A stretch of 63,672 nt of DNA, the filler included, from Collodictyon triciliatum (lineage: Eukaryota), in assembly GCA_043381765.1 (NCBI GenBank). It is 5 parts of 5 records of this genome, joined end to end, with 100 filler letters (N's around TTAATTAATTAA, not from the genome) between each part and the next. Parts side by side here need not be neighbours in the genome. Positions count along the whole stretch, not along the records: positions 42,460 to 56,498 come from JBHJMP010001881.1; positions 56,599 to 63,672 come from JBHJMP010002007.1; 3 more parts are not named here. The stretch is one strand, 5' to 3'. The notes beneath the pieces were generated by a model, which saw nothing but the letters and a program-made list of their open reading frames with translations, searched no databases and was not told the DNA's origin. Of the stretch, positions 47,024 to 60,444 are shown one piece after another (position 1 is the stretch's first letter; every line of letters starts with the position of its first letter). The translations under genes were made by a program, and so were the position numbers.

Positions 47024-48778
47024 ATGAGTCATTCTGGAACGAAAGGAAAGTACACGTCTGTGCGTGGATACGGTGTGGAAGAGGAGCGCAACCCGCGCTT
47101 TCGCCGAACCATGGAGGCAAGTCCATATCTCTTTTCCGCTCATTTCTTCATTTCACAATACATCGTCTTGTCTTGTCTTGTCTTGTCTTGTTATGTCTTG
47201 TCTTGTCTTGTCTTGCCTTGTCTTGCCATACGGTATATCTATTGGTCGCTTTCGTATCTGTCTCGTGCTGTCGTTCCTCTTCCTCGTCCATTGTCATCTT
47301 TTCCTCTCTTAAAGACTTTGTCTTCTATCGTGACCGATATATGCAGGATGCGCATATCTTCATCGATGGCTTCGACAATGTGCCTGAGCAGTTCTTTGCT
47401 GCGATATATGATGGACACGGTGGTCGCGGGGCAGTTGACTTTGTTGTGGAGACTCTTCATGTGGTGAGTATGGAGGGATTCTCTTTCTTTTCTTTTCTTT
47501 TCTTTTCTTTTCTTTTCTTTTCTTTTCTTTTCTTTTCTTTTCTTTTCTTTTCTTTTCTTTTCTTTTCTTTTCTTTTCTTTTCTTTTCTCTGTTATTTCAA
47601 ATACCTAAATACCGGGCGATCCGTTATTTATGCAATAACGTACTCTATACGGAAAAAAAAAACGCACCAATCGAATGTAGAATCTGCTCAATGGGCTCCG
47701 AGCAAGCAGTGGGTTTCCAGATATGCCCAAGCTATGGCGTTCGTCTTATCTCCTCACGGACACGCAGATGCAAGAGAAAGGAATCATGTACGCTGGCACG
47801 ACAGCCATCACTGCATATGTGCACAAGACCGAGAACGGAAAGTATCTCTTCACCGCGAATGTTGGTGATGCCCGTATTGTCTTAAGGTTAGCCTACTATT
47901 TTTATTTTCTTCCTTTCTTTCTCATTTTTCTCCTATTCATCATATATATATCAGACTTTTTTTATCCTTGCTTTTATACATACCTGCCCACTGCACAATA
48001 CTAAGCGTTCGTTTATTCAGTCGAGGTGGCAAAGCACACCGCCTCACCTACGACCATAAAGGATCCGATCCTGAGGAAATTAAACGCATTATCGAGGCTG
48101 GAGGATTCATCAACTCCAATCGTGTCAACGGTGACTTGACTCTACATCAGCTAATCGACCAAATATACACTTTGTTGCTTGGCATTAATATGCTCAAGTT
48201 TTTGCTACCTCCTTGTAATCATATTAAGTTCGGTCCTTGAACGGTATTCATTGCATCCCGTTCTATCGCCCAGGTATTCTGGCCGTGACAAGGTCGCTTG
48301 GAGATCACACCATGAAAGACTACGTGATTGCAGACCCATACACATTTGAGGTTCTGTTACAGGAACAGGACAATCTCCTGATATTGGCATGCGACGGGGT
48401 TTGTCATTATATATAATTCTTTTTTTTTTTCCTTTTCTTCTGCTCTCTTTGGATATCACACCCCTCCCGTGTGATAACTACTGGACAATCAAACAAATAT
48501 TATTATTACTTTGGAAAATAATATAATTGGGTTTGAGTATACTTAGCACATGCTTATTTGCATGTATGCTCGTTACTTGATCCAGAATAATAAGAGATGG
48601 TAATTTCAAATTAATTTGGTGTTGATTGCAATAGCTCTGGGACGTTATGACGGACCAGGAAGCCCTTGATTTCATCAAGGAAGAGCGAAGCGCAGAGAAG
48701 GCTGCAAAGATTCTGCTGGACCAGGCCCTGAGACTCGGGACAACAGACAACGTTAGTGTCATCGTGATTCACCTATGA
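47024..48778 (+). CDS. Protein phosphatase 2C (PPM family, Ptc1-like); possible extra upstream exon from ATG 46792
   Basis: [60 protein letters not shown]. Confidence 0.93.
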
Positions 48779-49420
48779 TAAAGACCATTGTTTCCTCTTT
48801 TTCCTTTTTCTTTCTTTCTTTTCTTTTGGAAGTTACGTCTGATAAACAAATGACACGCCCGTTCGAGAAAAATCGAAAGAAAATGAATTGGCATGGCAGC
48901 CTCCGACTATAATACATGAAGCCAACTAAAGTAATAAAAAAAAAAAAAAAAAAAAAAAAAAAACGAGTAAGTCCTACAAATGAATACCCTAAAAAAATAT
49001 CAATCGATGTCGAAAGCAACCACATAAAGTTTGGGTACCTGCAATTCACATAGTTTTTTGTCGATAGCGGGAACTGTGTATTGGTAGGTTATTTTTGTTC
49101 CAAGTATATGGAGGCCAAAGAAAAAGATTATGAAAATGGATGTGGTATTTGCTGTGGGCACATGGAAACGTCAGTAATTTGGGGAACCTTGACATAATTA
49201 GTTGTTTGGCTTAGAAGCGGCAAGGAAGGAAAAGAGGAGAGGAGAGAGACAGACACACAAGGGAGAAGAAAAAAAAGATTTTATGACAAAGGTAGCGCAT
49301 TTGATGGAAGACTGATTTTGTTGTGAATCGCCGCAAACTATTGCGCTTTTTCCCCAATTTTTTTTCTTTCTCTTTGTTGTCTCTTCCAACGTTTCTCATT
49401 TTATTGTCCTGGAGGCACAG

Positions 49421-52400
49421 TCAGTAGACTTTCCAAGCTGGATCGCTTTCGCTGTATGACATGGATGGTTGTTCAGTCAGCTCCAAACGTGGGACATTCG
49501 CCGCGTTTACGATATTATCTCTGCTGACTGGAACGGCGTCTGTGGGAAAGAAAACTGGTATGTAAGTAATTTGGTGATGCATATCCATAGCCATCTAAAG
49601 TGTAGTTTGAAAAAAGTGAAATGGTACGTTGGCCTTTAATCTATGCAGGTAAATGCGGATGACATTTTGCTCAAACAGAAATGCATATAAAAGTTCAGAG
49701 GAATTCAACACAAAACAAGACCACTGTTGCGAAATGGGTCTACCTTGTCGCGGCTCGACAGCAGCGAGGTCTCGCATCGGAATATTGCGAGGACCCGCCG
49801 GTGATTCGACAATAGAGTTGTCTGCTCGGGGGCCCCGGTTCTTCTTCCTGGCTCTTTCCATGTATGCCATCTCGCGGATAATGGTAGTACATGACGGCTT
49901 CAGAAATCCGTAGGCACTAGAGAATGTCCATCGGAATCGATGGAATGATAATGATTAGTTCAACTGCCACATTTTCATTAATCCAGAGGGGCATACATAC
50001 ATAGATACAACGGCACGTAAAATAAATAAATAATAATTAATTATGCACGCTTGGTTTAGAGGCAAAACCTTGTGATTGCAAAGTCAATCATGCAGCCGAG
50101 TAATGGAGCAGCAAATATAGTGAACCAGAAAGCTGGCATCGCAGCGAGATTGAAAAATACCCCATAAACCTCGGCAATTGTCACAACATCAATAGAGTGG
50201 TAAATTATCATAAAGATAAACCAATTGACTACACTGCCTATAGTAAAGAGCCAGTTCCAGCCAGTCCACGTACTAAATTAAAATATGCATTTATTTAAAG
50301 GTGCTCAATTGACTGCCACACAGAGGATGTGATGCATGCGGATTCAATTTGTATAGGCTTAGGTGTTATATGCGATTTGTATGCCCTTGTTTTACACCGA
50401 ACACAACTGACCTCGTCATGAAAGAAACCTTTAGGTTAACCATCAGGATGATGCATGTGTATGATGTTGTTCCCAGGGCCCATAAACTATCGCCACCGCC
50501 TATTCCATCTTCTGAGGTGGTAGTGTGATTGACAAAGACCAAGTATGGGAAGAAGAAGCAAATCTAAGCAAATAATGGGTAAAAAAAAAAAAATTAAAAA
50601 AAAAAGGTTCCTTAAATTTGGTATTTTATAATCGCTGCTAGACAAAACGTCCCCTATAAGCCTTATTTTTTTTTTATTAAACCAAACTATTAGTATTGTC
50701 ATGCATTAATCTATATTTATATTTACAAACCAGTGAGTGTATGAACCCATCGAAAATCCATATCCAGAAACTTTTCATATCAAACTATTGTGTATATTTG
50801 TAAATCATTAATCGCACATAAACGCACCCACATGAATATGAGGTTATAAAATATGTTCCATATCACCAAAATACTACGGCTAAAACAAAAAAAACAAAAA
50901 ACAAAAAACAAAAACAAAAAACAAAAAACAAAAAACAAAAAACAAAAAACAAAAAACAAAAACAAAAAACAAAAAACAAAAAACAAAAACAACATAAATG
51001 AGAGAATATGGAGAACTGTCAAAATAAAAAAAATGTGTGTTGTCGCGTTCAAATACCCTTTCGGTTTGTTGTCGGTAAGTGTATAATTTTGGATATACTC
51101 GCATAGCTCTTCTGGGGACATCACGGTCAAAAATAGCAAGACCCATAATTGGGAGTGAAGTGAAAAACACATTGAATACTGCGATGTAGAAACTGTCTAG
51201 AAGGGTCTACTTTCGAAAGTTTAGCAAGGGCCAATAGATCATATTTCTTTTTTAAAACAAACAAACAAACAAACAAACAAACAAACAAACAAACAAACAA
51301 ACAAACAAACAAACAAACAAACAAACAAACAAACAAACAAACAAACAAACCTGTCCCGAGAATCCGGTGAATATAGAAAACCATAAATGGGATAATGTAA
51401 AGCAAATGTTCTTGTAGAAGCTATAGCGAACAATTTGGCTGATACGAAGATACGACCAACGTCCATGGACCACGAGCAGAGGAAGGAGAAATGTTTTCGT
51501 ATTAAGGGTGATATTTATTAGAAGGAAGTTGTAAGAAAAAGACGCATGTGTGTATCAAGCTATCATAAACCGTGGTTTTCATAAAAGGATATCGAAACTG
51601 GGCGATGGCGTAGTCACTAGACATGACAGCCTGCATTCCCTCTTGGCCACTGATTCCAACACCTGAATCAATCGTTTGTAGAGCGTGACCAGCATCAATA
51701 GATTATATCGGTTTCAAGATTGTCGAACAGAGATATGTTGGCAGCATGAGACTTTGGATTGAATAGAGGTGAAATAATTAAAAAAAAGAAAAAAGATCGT
51801 CAGCCAGACGAAAATTCTGTTCAGAGTACTTACCTATGTGTGCTTCCTTTATCATGCTTACATCATTGGCACCATCTCCAATAGAGAGTGTAATCGCGTT
51901 GACTGAATCCTTCATTAATTTAACCACACGTGCCTACCAACCAACAAGGTTTGGAGATTGATTAATCAGATTGCTCGTATATGATTTTCGTAATATGAAT
52001 AGCTATAATACTGTTCATTAAAAATACAGAGAGATAAATGTGACATGGAGAAGGAATCAAAACCTTTTGGGCTGGTGACACGCGACAACAAATCACCGAT
52101 TTACTGATTGAAGCTAGCTTCAAGAACTCTTCTCTGCATTCGATTAGGCCAAAATTTAACGTAGCTCCATCAATCACAAGCCCGATTTCACGGCCCTGGG
52201 AAAATAACAGGGCAAATTCATTAAATACTTTGTTGTGCTTTGGATTATATATTATTAGTGCCTCCTTGGAATCAAATAAAGGAGAAAAAATATTATTAGC
52301 GCCCTGTCCCCAGCTATTACCTTGTTTTCTTTAAGCTCGTATTCATATCGCTCAACTAGAATTCGGCGAGTCTCTTCGGGAGTAGGAGCGTTGACAATGA

Positions 52401-55400
52401 TGATAGACATTTCCTGGTCAATCAGTCGGCAGGAATAGCCAATGTTAATGGCTGTCTCTTGTTTGTCACCAGTGAGAACCCATATCTTCAATCCAGCCTG
52501 TTCAATTTCCGTCAGTGATCCAATACAATAGTTGGTTAAGATTAACAAGGTGAAGGAGCCACGTAATGTAAAAGGATAAATCGGTATAAGGTTTACTTCG
52601 CGAAGAGCTCCAATACATTCTGGAACACCATCTTGTAGCTTATCTTCAATGGCAGATGCACCCACTAATATAAGGTCTTGCTCAATTTCTTCAGCGATCT
52701 TTTCCACCTGGTACAAATGAATCATTTTTTCAAATAAGCTGGTCAGAATGTTTCATGAATATGTATACACATTGGGCATTCACAAAGAAAAAACAACATT
52801 TTATTTTGTTAAATAGCGCCAGAATATAATCGATAGAACGAAAACTATTGCTGAGAGTATAAAAAAAAAAAAAATTAATGTAAATATATGCACTCACAAG
52901 CTCTTCTCTGTCTGTTAAAGAAATACTGGCATCGATAAATTTCCTGTTCCACGAATCGTATAAATGGGCTGGAATCTCTTTTGATCCTAAGCATAGTGTG
53001 CGCAGTCCATCTGCACCGAATTCCTATTTAGAATTTATTCAATTTAGTTGTAAGTTGGCATTCTTGACACTCTTTTTTTTCTTGACACTTTTTTTTTTGA
53101 TAAAAAAATTGTTTGCAAAATGGTAACAGGATAGAAAATGGAAAAGGACTGATGGACTGTTTTTTGAACTAAATGCAGCGGAAAATAGACGATGATGTGT
53201 ATCCATTAATTACAGAAATATGATAGGAAAACAAACATCGAGATGTCTTTTCATCGTTGCGATTGAAGCTTCTTGACCAGCAGCAAACCGTGGAAACATG
53301 ACTGTGTCGGCTCCTTTGCAGAAAAGAATGACCTTTCCTACATATAATAGCATATATTACATTTTGGTTCCAGCAAGGCTCACGTTCATTCATAATTATA
53401 GAGTATGTGTTTGAGTATATTCTGGTACTTAATGATGGAATACAATGTGTATTACCCGTCGGCGATCTGGCGATAAGTGACATTCTTTTTCTATTGCTAT
53501 TGAATTCGATGACGTTAAGAACTTGCCAATCCTCATCACGATTTAATGAGTTTATTGTGACCATTGTTGGTGTTCTCGTCTAGATTTATCAACTTTGGAT
53601 TAGATTGGATTTTGCTGCATGCATTTCATATTAATAATGCGAAACAAATTACAAATTAGAGAATCGTAAAGATGTTCAGACTTTCCATTGGCTCCTTATG
53701 TGTGTTTGACATAAAATCATGCTCTTGATTTCCTTTTTTTTTTAAAAAAAAAACCTTGAATTTAAATCCAAAATATCTAGCAGCGTTCACCAGAGCTCCC
53801 TCATCAGGCGATGATGCTTGGTAGACAATAGCTAATCGCCAACCAGTGATGATATTTTATGACGATGCATGTAAAATTATATAGTGAAACCAAATGAATT
53901 TCATGAATAATTCCAAAGGATTTTGACATACTCACTAATACAGCCATCTTGATTAAACAATACAAGGAAAAGAAATAATAATAATAATAATAATAAATGA
54001 AGGATAAAAATAAAAGGAAGAAAAGTGCCGATACGAAAGAATTTGTGTAATCTACTTACAGTCAATACTATCAGGATTATCCTTATCGATTTCAGGAATG
54101 ACTGTGTGGCAAATTGACATGAGAAACATAAAGTCATAGATTTTCTTGGATTGGTCAGTTTGGCCTGACATAAGCTCATCTTGAAGTCTCCTATCACTGA
54201 AAGAGTACGTCTACCAAAAATAAGCCATTAATTCGTTGATTGTTTAACATGCACATTAATTGAATGTTCAGTCAATACAATTCTATTTAAGTATATAATA
54301 TGATAAAGTATATGTTAACTACCGATTCGTTATTGGGATCAATAGTCCCATAGACAACACCGCCTATACTGCACTTTTTGAATTCCATGATATTTCTTGT
54401 CAAAGTGCCGGTCTTGTCTGAAAAGATATATTGAATCTGTCGGAAAGGCAAAGTAATAAAATTGATCACTTCGATATTAGAGTTTGAAGCCGATATCTTG
54501 TAAAGTCCATGCAAGTCAACGATGATTTACCCTTTTGTGAGAAAATTACCTCGCCAAGTTCGTCGCTCAAATTTGAAGTTCGAGCTTGCGCAGGTGTATC
54601 ATTCTCAGCATAGTACATGTCCAAATCAGAATTAATTAGGAGCGCTTGGGCAACTTTGACCATTTCGATAGATACATATAGCGATATCGGAATCAATGTA
54701 TTGTAAAGAATAATGTAAGTCAAGATCCCCATTCCACCGTAGTTGACAGAATCTGTGCTAGATTTGAAGTCCAAGTACCAGGTATCGTGCTTGTTATTAC
54801 TCTTTTTTTTTTTTTTTTTTTTTGAGAACGAAGAAAAGGGAAGAAGAAAAGGAATTAATTGGTTTACTTGCTCTGACACTAGGCTATGCACATGAGAATA
54901 AACTAATACTTTTGTGAGATCTTAATATTCAAATAATTGTAAAAAGAAAAGAAAAAGTAAAAGAAAACAAACCACAAATACACCACCAAGAATACCACTT
55001 ATCACAGAGAGCGAGATAAGGACTGAGAACACTGACAGAATGTACCCATTTAAATTTCTCTCTATCGAGCTTGCCTTCATCTTTGTCTTGCTGATGAGGT
55101 GAATACGAACAACAATAAAATACATCAAAAATAAATTTGCGTAAGAAAGGAGGAAACCATCGTGTTAAAAGCTGAATATAAATGATATGATTCAAATTTT
55201 GATTAGTGTGCCATATTTCTTCCACTTTCTTGATTTCTTGTTGTCTTTTGTCTATGAGAGGGAAATTATGCTCACGATGAGTTTTGCATCAATTTTGTAT
55301 CATGTCCAGCGAAAATTATTATACCAACGATCCACTCGGTGTTGCGAAGCTGACAACCCTGTGATAAAGTATTGCTAAGAGAGAATAGTCATAACATAAT

Positions 55401-56282
55401 GACAATTGGCACGATAAATTAACTTACTCTCAGCAGAATTTGATTGTTGTCCAATGGGATGGTATCAGAGCCTAACAGAGTTATGTTTCCCTCAAACTTG
55501 TATAGTTGATTATTGGGGTGTTCGCACTTGATTACCGATTGCACCAAATTGTCGAAAGCAGAAACCGATGCAATCTGTCTTTCAATAACAGTGGGAGCTT
55601 GCTTGACTTTAAGGTTTGTTTCTCTGTTACCAGGCAATATCAGACACATTAGCTCTTTCAATTATTCTTATTTTTTAACATTAGATAGCCACAACTGATT
55701 AGATTTCTTGTTATCGCTTTTTTTTTCGCACTTCAATTTAAATAAGTGTAATGTTATCTTAATCAGATATAGTTAAAATATGACAGAGGATTTATTCCCC
55801 CAAATAACTATTGGCTGAGAACAATAACAATTATAATCGAATCGGTTACCCATCCAAGTTTGCGGTTTCTATGTAGCATATGCTATCTACAGTATTTGAT
55901 TTGACCATGAGTAAATCAGCTGGGAAGAACTCGCGGTCTTTCACTTGAACAATGTCTCCAACTCGGAGATCTTTCCAAACTGTAGGGCGAAACTTTTTTT
56001 CCTCGATATCATATGCAAGGACTGGACGATTATTTATCTCATTGTCTTGTTTATGACGAAGCTGTAAGGATTTAATATTTATTTTATCACTAAAATTATT
56101 CGGAACTGAACACACGGGGGGGGGGGGGGAACATGAGAGAATTAAGTATATATTGATACAAAACAAAATAAATCCATCTCACAAAGTCCTCTCTAGCTTC
56201 CTTAATGGCAGACACTCCCAATACGAATAATAGAGGCAACATACTAAGAAAGGGATTCACCGGAGAAACCCCAGGAATCGCC
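49421..56282 (-). CDS. P4-type ATPase phospholipid flippase (ATP8A/Drs2-like); 5' end missing at contig edge
   Basis: [107 protein letters not shown]. Confidence 0.95.
51493..51592 (-). other. AT-AC U12-type (minor spliceosome) intron, 100 nt
   Basis: Minus strand ...CAGTTTCG|ATATCCTTTT...CCCTTAATACGAAAAC|ATTTCTC.... Removal restores the conserved [20 protein letters not shown]. Confidence 0.9.
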
Positions 56283-56433
56283 TAGAATAATAGCTATAAT
56301 CAAACTCTTCATATGCTGGTATGTGAATTCGAAGCACCACAAAACTTCAAGCATAATATATATGGTTATGGTTAAACAGAAGGGCACCATCATTTTCAAA
56401 GTAATAATGTGATGAGGAATCAATAAAAGCATG

Positions 56434-56490
<57 letters not shown>

Positions 56491-56498
56491 ACACCCAC

Positions 56499-56598
56499 NN
56501 NNNNNNNNNNNNNNNNNNNNNNNNNNNNNNNNNNNNNNNNNNTTAATTAATTAANNNNNNNNNNNNNNNNNNNNNNNNNNNNNNNNNNNNNNNNNNNN
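56499..56598. other. Artificial assembly linker N44-TTAATTAATTAA-N44
   Basis: Identical 100-nt spacer. Confidence 0.98.
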
Positions 56599-56843
56599 TT
56601 TCTTTTAATTTTTTTTTTTTAAAAAAAAAAAGTGAGTAGGAAAGCAACGATTAGATAAGAAAACAAGAGAAAACAAAGGAAGGGAAAGGAAAACAAAACA
56701 AAACAAAACAAAACAAAACAAAACAAAACAAAACAAAACAAAACAAAACAAAACAAAACAAAACTCAATCGAGGATGGCTGCTTTGCACATTTTTTTAGC
56801 GGGCACAAAAGCAGTCTTTGAACTTAAGCCGGGAATATACACT

Positions 56844-59800
56844 ATGGTGCGCTTTCGGACCGCGTCTCTTCTGTTCGCAGTGGGGGCGGTCACCCTCTGC
56901 CTCTCGTGGTTTTTTTCATCCTCCAAGCTGTACAAAAGTTTGTATAGATACTATTGAAGAAACCAGAATTCTCTTTTAACTCCCCTCAAAGATATATTCG
57001 ATTGATAAGTTTACATGTTAGTCATTATTATTCATAGGCGTTCTTTTCTTTCATTTTGCCCTTCTTTTGCTTATTTGTTAAATGAGAAAACCAGTTATAG
57101 AAACCACTTCGGTGCTCAATGCGCGCTCAGATAATGACGATATCAATCACGAGTGCCCTGTGTGCCCCACCTGTTTGGCAGGTGGTCTTCTTTCTCTTTT
57201 TTCTTCTTTTTTCTTCTTTTTTCTTCTTTTTTCTTCTTTTTCTTCTTTTTTCTCTTTTTATATATAGTAAATCAATATCTGCAAGATCTGAATATAACCC
57301 CCTTAATGTTAATCTTATCACCTGAGAAGAAACTATACTTATTATTTTACTTTTGAACGCTCTGGGCAACCTCAATCCATAGAAAACAATACAACGCGAT
57401 GGGTAGCACATTTTAATGCCGCAATTACCCATTAAATCCCCACAGACTTGCTATAGAATCTAATCGATATTAAACTGTCGCACTTACTCTGCAAACCATA
57501 TTGGTAGAACCCCTATCCATACCACCCTCTGAGTCGGCAACGACTGCGCAGAGACGCGGCCCCTCTTCCGCCTCCATCAGATCAGATCCCATCACTCGAG
57601 CCATATGAGAAAATAATCAACAGTTTGATGCTTTGATGGATAGATATTCTATGTCGAATTTTTTACCCTAATTTTTCGAAAAGAACGAAATCGAGAAGTT
57701 GGAATCAGTTGCCACGCACAGTTATTATTTTCATACATAAATATACCTTCGTATCTAGAGAGATGTCCCAACGAATGTTCTAGAAATGGAATCTGCGACA
57801 TACATGGAGTCTGCAATTGCGAGCATGGCTTTTCAGGAGTATCCTGCGAAGAGAAGAGTTAGTTCTATAGAGTGTTTACCGTCATTTGACATCCCCGTTC
57901 ATCATATTAGGCTTTTCATCGATAATTTACTTTTTGACATGCAGAGGAGATAAAAGCAGAGTACGATTTCAAAAACTTCCCAGGCGGGCCCAAAGAGTTG
58001 GACATATTTTCCCAAGAGTATGATTTAACTGCATTATATCAATAAATGCAAAAACTCTTCATATCATACCGTGTGTTCGTGTGTGCTTTTCAATTATTTC
58101 ATAACAAATATGTGTACCCATTTTTATCTCATAGAGTATATGAAAGTTGAATCTTATCTTCGTGTAAAAGAAATCTGTGTACATTTTTCAACCCCTAGGT
58201 ATTCGTGTCATGAAGACGAAATCAAAGCGCTAGTGGAACTAGAGTTAAGTATGTTCCGCGAGGGCTATATCAGCTCCGAACTATTGACTCAATGCCAGGG
58301 ATTCGACGAAAAATGCGTTCGAATCCAGGTTCACCAGGCGGTCCTAAATATACTCACCTTCACCATTTTAAAACGGTTGATTACATCGTTGTCTCTTTTT
58401 TCCTTTCATTCCACTGATTCTGGTGTACGTAAATTTATGCAGATTATTGATAACGTCGTGTATCGCATTTCAAAAAGACCGCCGACACCAAATAGATGGA
58501 GAAGGTGGAAAAGACTCATAGTTAGCTTCGTCCGACGAATTAGAGTCCCTGATACAGAATTTGTGGTATAAATCGAGTCGATATTTTTAAAAGAGAAATA
58601 CGATGACATTTTTGAATAATTTATCCATTCCTAGAGAGATGGGTTATAATTTTAAAGAGGCAGCGGTGGTCTGCTAAAATTAATTTATTCAAAATTGATA
58701 AATATTCCTTGTAAAAATCCGTAAAATATTAAGAAAAAATCCATAAAATAGATTTGCTTCGACGATAGGCCGATAGTAGTGAGACATATGCCACTTCCTA
58801 TATTCGGTTTCTACAAAACTGATAACCACAACGACATACTAGTCCCTGGAGATTTCCATCACGAATATTACCTGAAAGGACTTGTATGTGGCAACATTTT
58901 TTATCACACCCGATTGACTATATTGATAGCAATGGCTGACTACTTTAAGGTATCTTTCGTATGTACGTTCCACTTGACTTATCAATGCTTCGGTGCAAAC
59001 TATTTCAAATAGTCATCGATGAGACTTTATGAAGAAAGGCACAAGTATCCATGGGAGGAGAAGAAGCCTGTCGCGATGTGGCGAGGTTCGCCGAATGGCA
59101 TTTGGGAGTTCAATCCATATTCATTCGGAAATTATCATTATTGGCCTCGCGTTCGACTTTCGAAACTATCGTTGGAAAATATGGAGTATCTTGATGCCGC
59201 TTTCTCTGGTTCCTATGGGGATTATGAAAATGATGCTCGGGTATTTTCATTTTGAGTATATTGCAGTATTTCAAAATTAAAATAATAAATAATAGTAAAA
59301 TATCTTATGTGGATTTAAATACATTTAGCTATGTAACTGAAGCTTTTTTTTCCTTTTAATGTAATCATCATACAAAGTCGTTGTATCCCGTCAAACTCAT
59401 AACTCATCCCTTAAAAAAAAACCGCTTATATAGATGCCTAAAATCATGGAGCAATATACACGGAAAGGTTTGCCCATGGAAAAGCAGATGACCTACAAGT
59501 ACCTAGTCGTTGTAGACGGAAACGGCTCGTCTGATCGTTTTCATTCCTTCCTGGAGACATCATCGGTGGTTCTGAAGCCGTTTGGGCCGTATTATGAATA
59601 CTTTCAAAACTTGCTTATGCCGTATAAGCATTACATTCCCATCGAATACGATTTCACTGACCTCATTGACAAGGTAGCTGCTGTATGTTTGCACCTCGCT
59701 TTTCTGTCAATATATCATCTATAATATATCTTGTATACACGCGCATGGTTCTTTATATGACCATGAAAGCAAGCAGCACATCGGGTGGTATGCCTTGCTT

Positions 59801-60202
59801 CTTTTTTTTTTTTTAATTCATTCAAAAAATCGCTTAGAAAGCAAGTATTTCTCATAGATTAAGTGGGCTCGAGAGAACGACGAGGCAGTCAAGAGAATGG
59901 CTGAACATGGTACTATTTGGTCCCGGAATCATTTGCGCTATGAGGAGATTTTCTGCTATTACGGAAAGTTTGTGTATTGCTGATAGTACTCGATTCATCT
60001 GTTGCCGTTTATTCTCGATTGCGATTTGACTTTGTGTCTGTTAACATCATACAATTGATGCACTCCCCTTGATTTACAGGAATAAAAATATCTTATCGTT
60101 CTCTTATCATTCAGGATGATTCACGAATATACAAAACTATTGGACTTCAAGCCAACGCTGCAACCCGATGCAGTCCGTGTAGACGATGCAGAGCTGAGCT
60201 AA
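56844..60202 (+). CDS. Glycosyltransferase family 90 (CAP10/POGLUT-like) type II membrane protein with an EGF-like domain
   Basis: N-terminal signal anchor; EGF-like CPNECSRNGICDIHGVCNCEHGFSGVSC; PDTEFV, DILVP, YPWEEKKPVAMWRGS, YKYLVVVDGNGSSDRF, LMPYKHYIP, IKWARENDE. Some 5' junctions unresolved. Confidence 0.85.
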
Positions 60203-60356
60203 TGATTTTGCTTAATTTTTTTTTCTATATGCATCCGTTTGCTTCTCGTCGAACACGATTTGGTTTAAGGAGGAAAAATAATAATCGAGTGATGCTACGA
60301 GATATCCAAAGGTGCAGATAAGACAAGTAAAAAAAAAAAAAAAAAAAGAAAGGAAG

Positions 60357-60394
<38 letters not shown>

Positions 60395-60444
60395 ACTCGA
60401 AAATAAAAAAAATGATATCAATTTCGATTATTGTTGAATATCTT

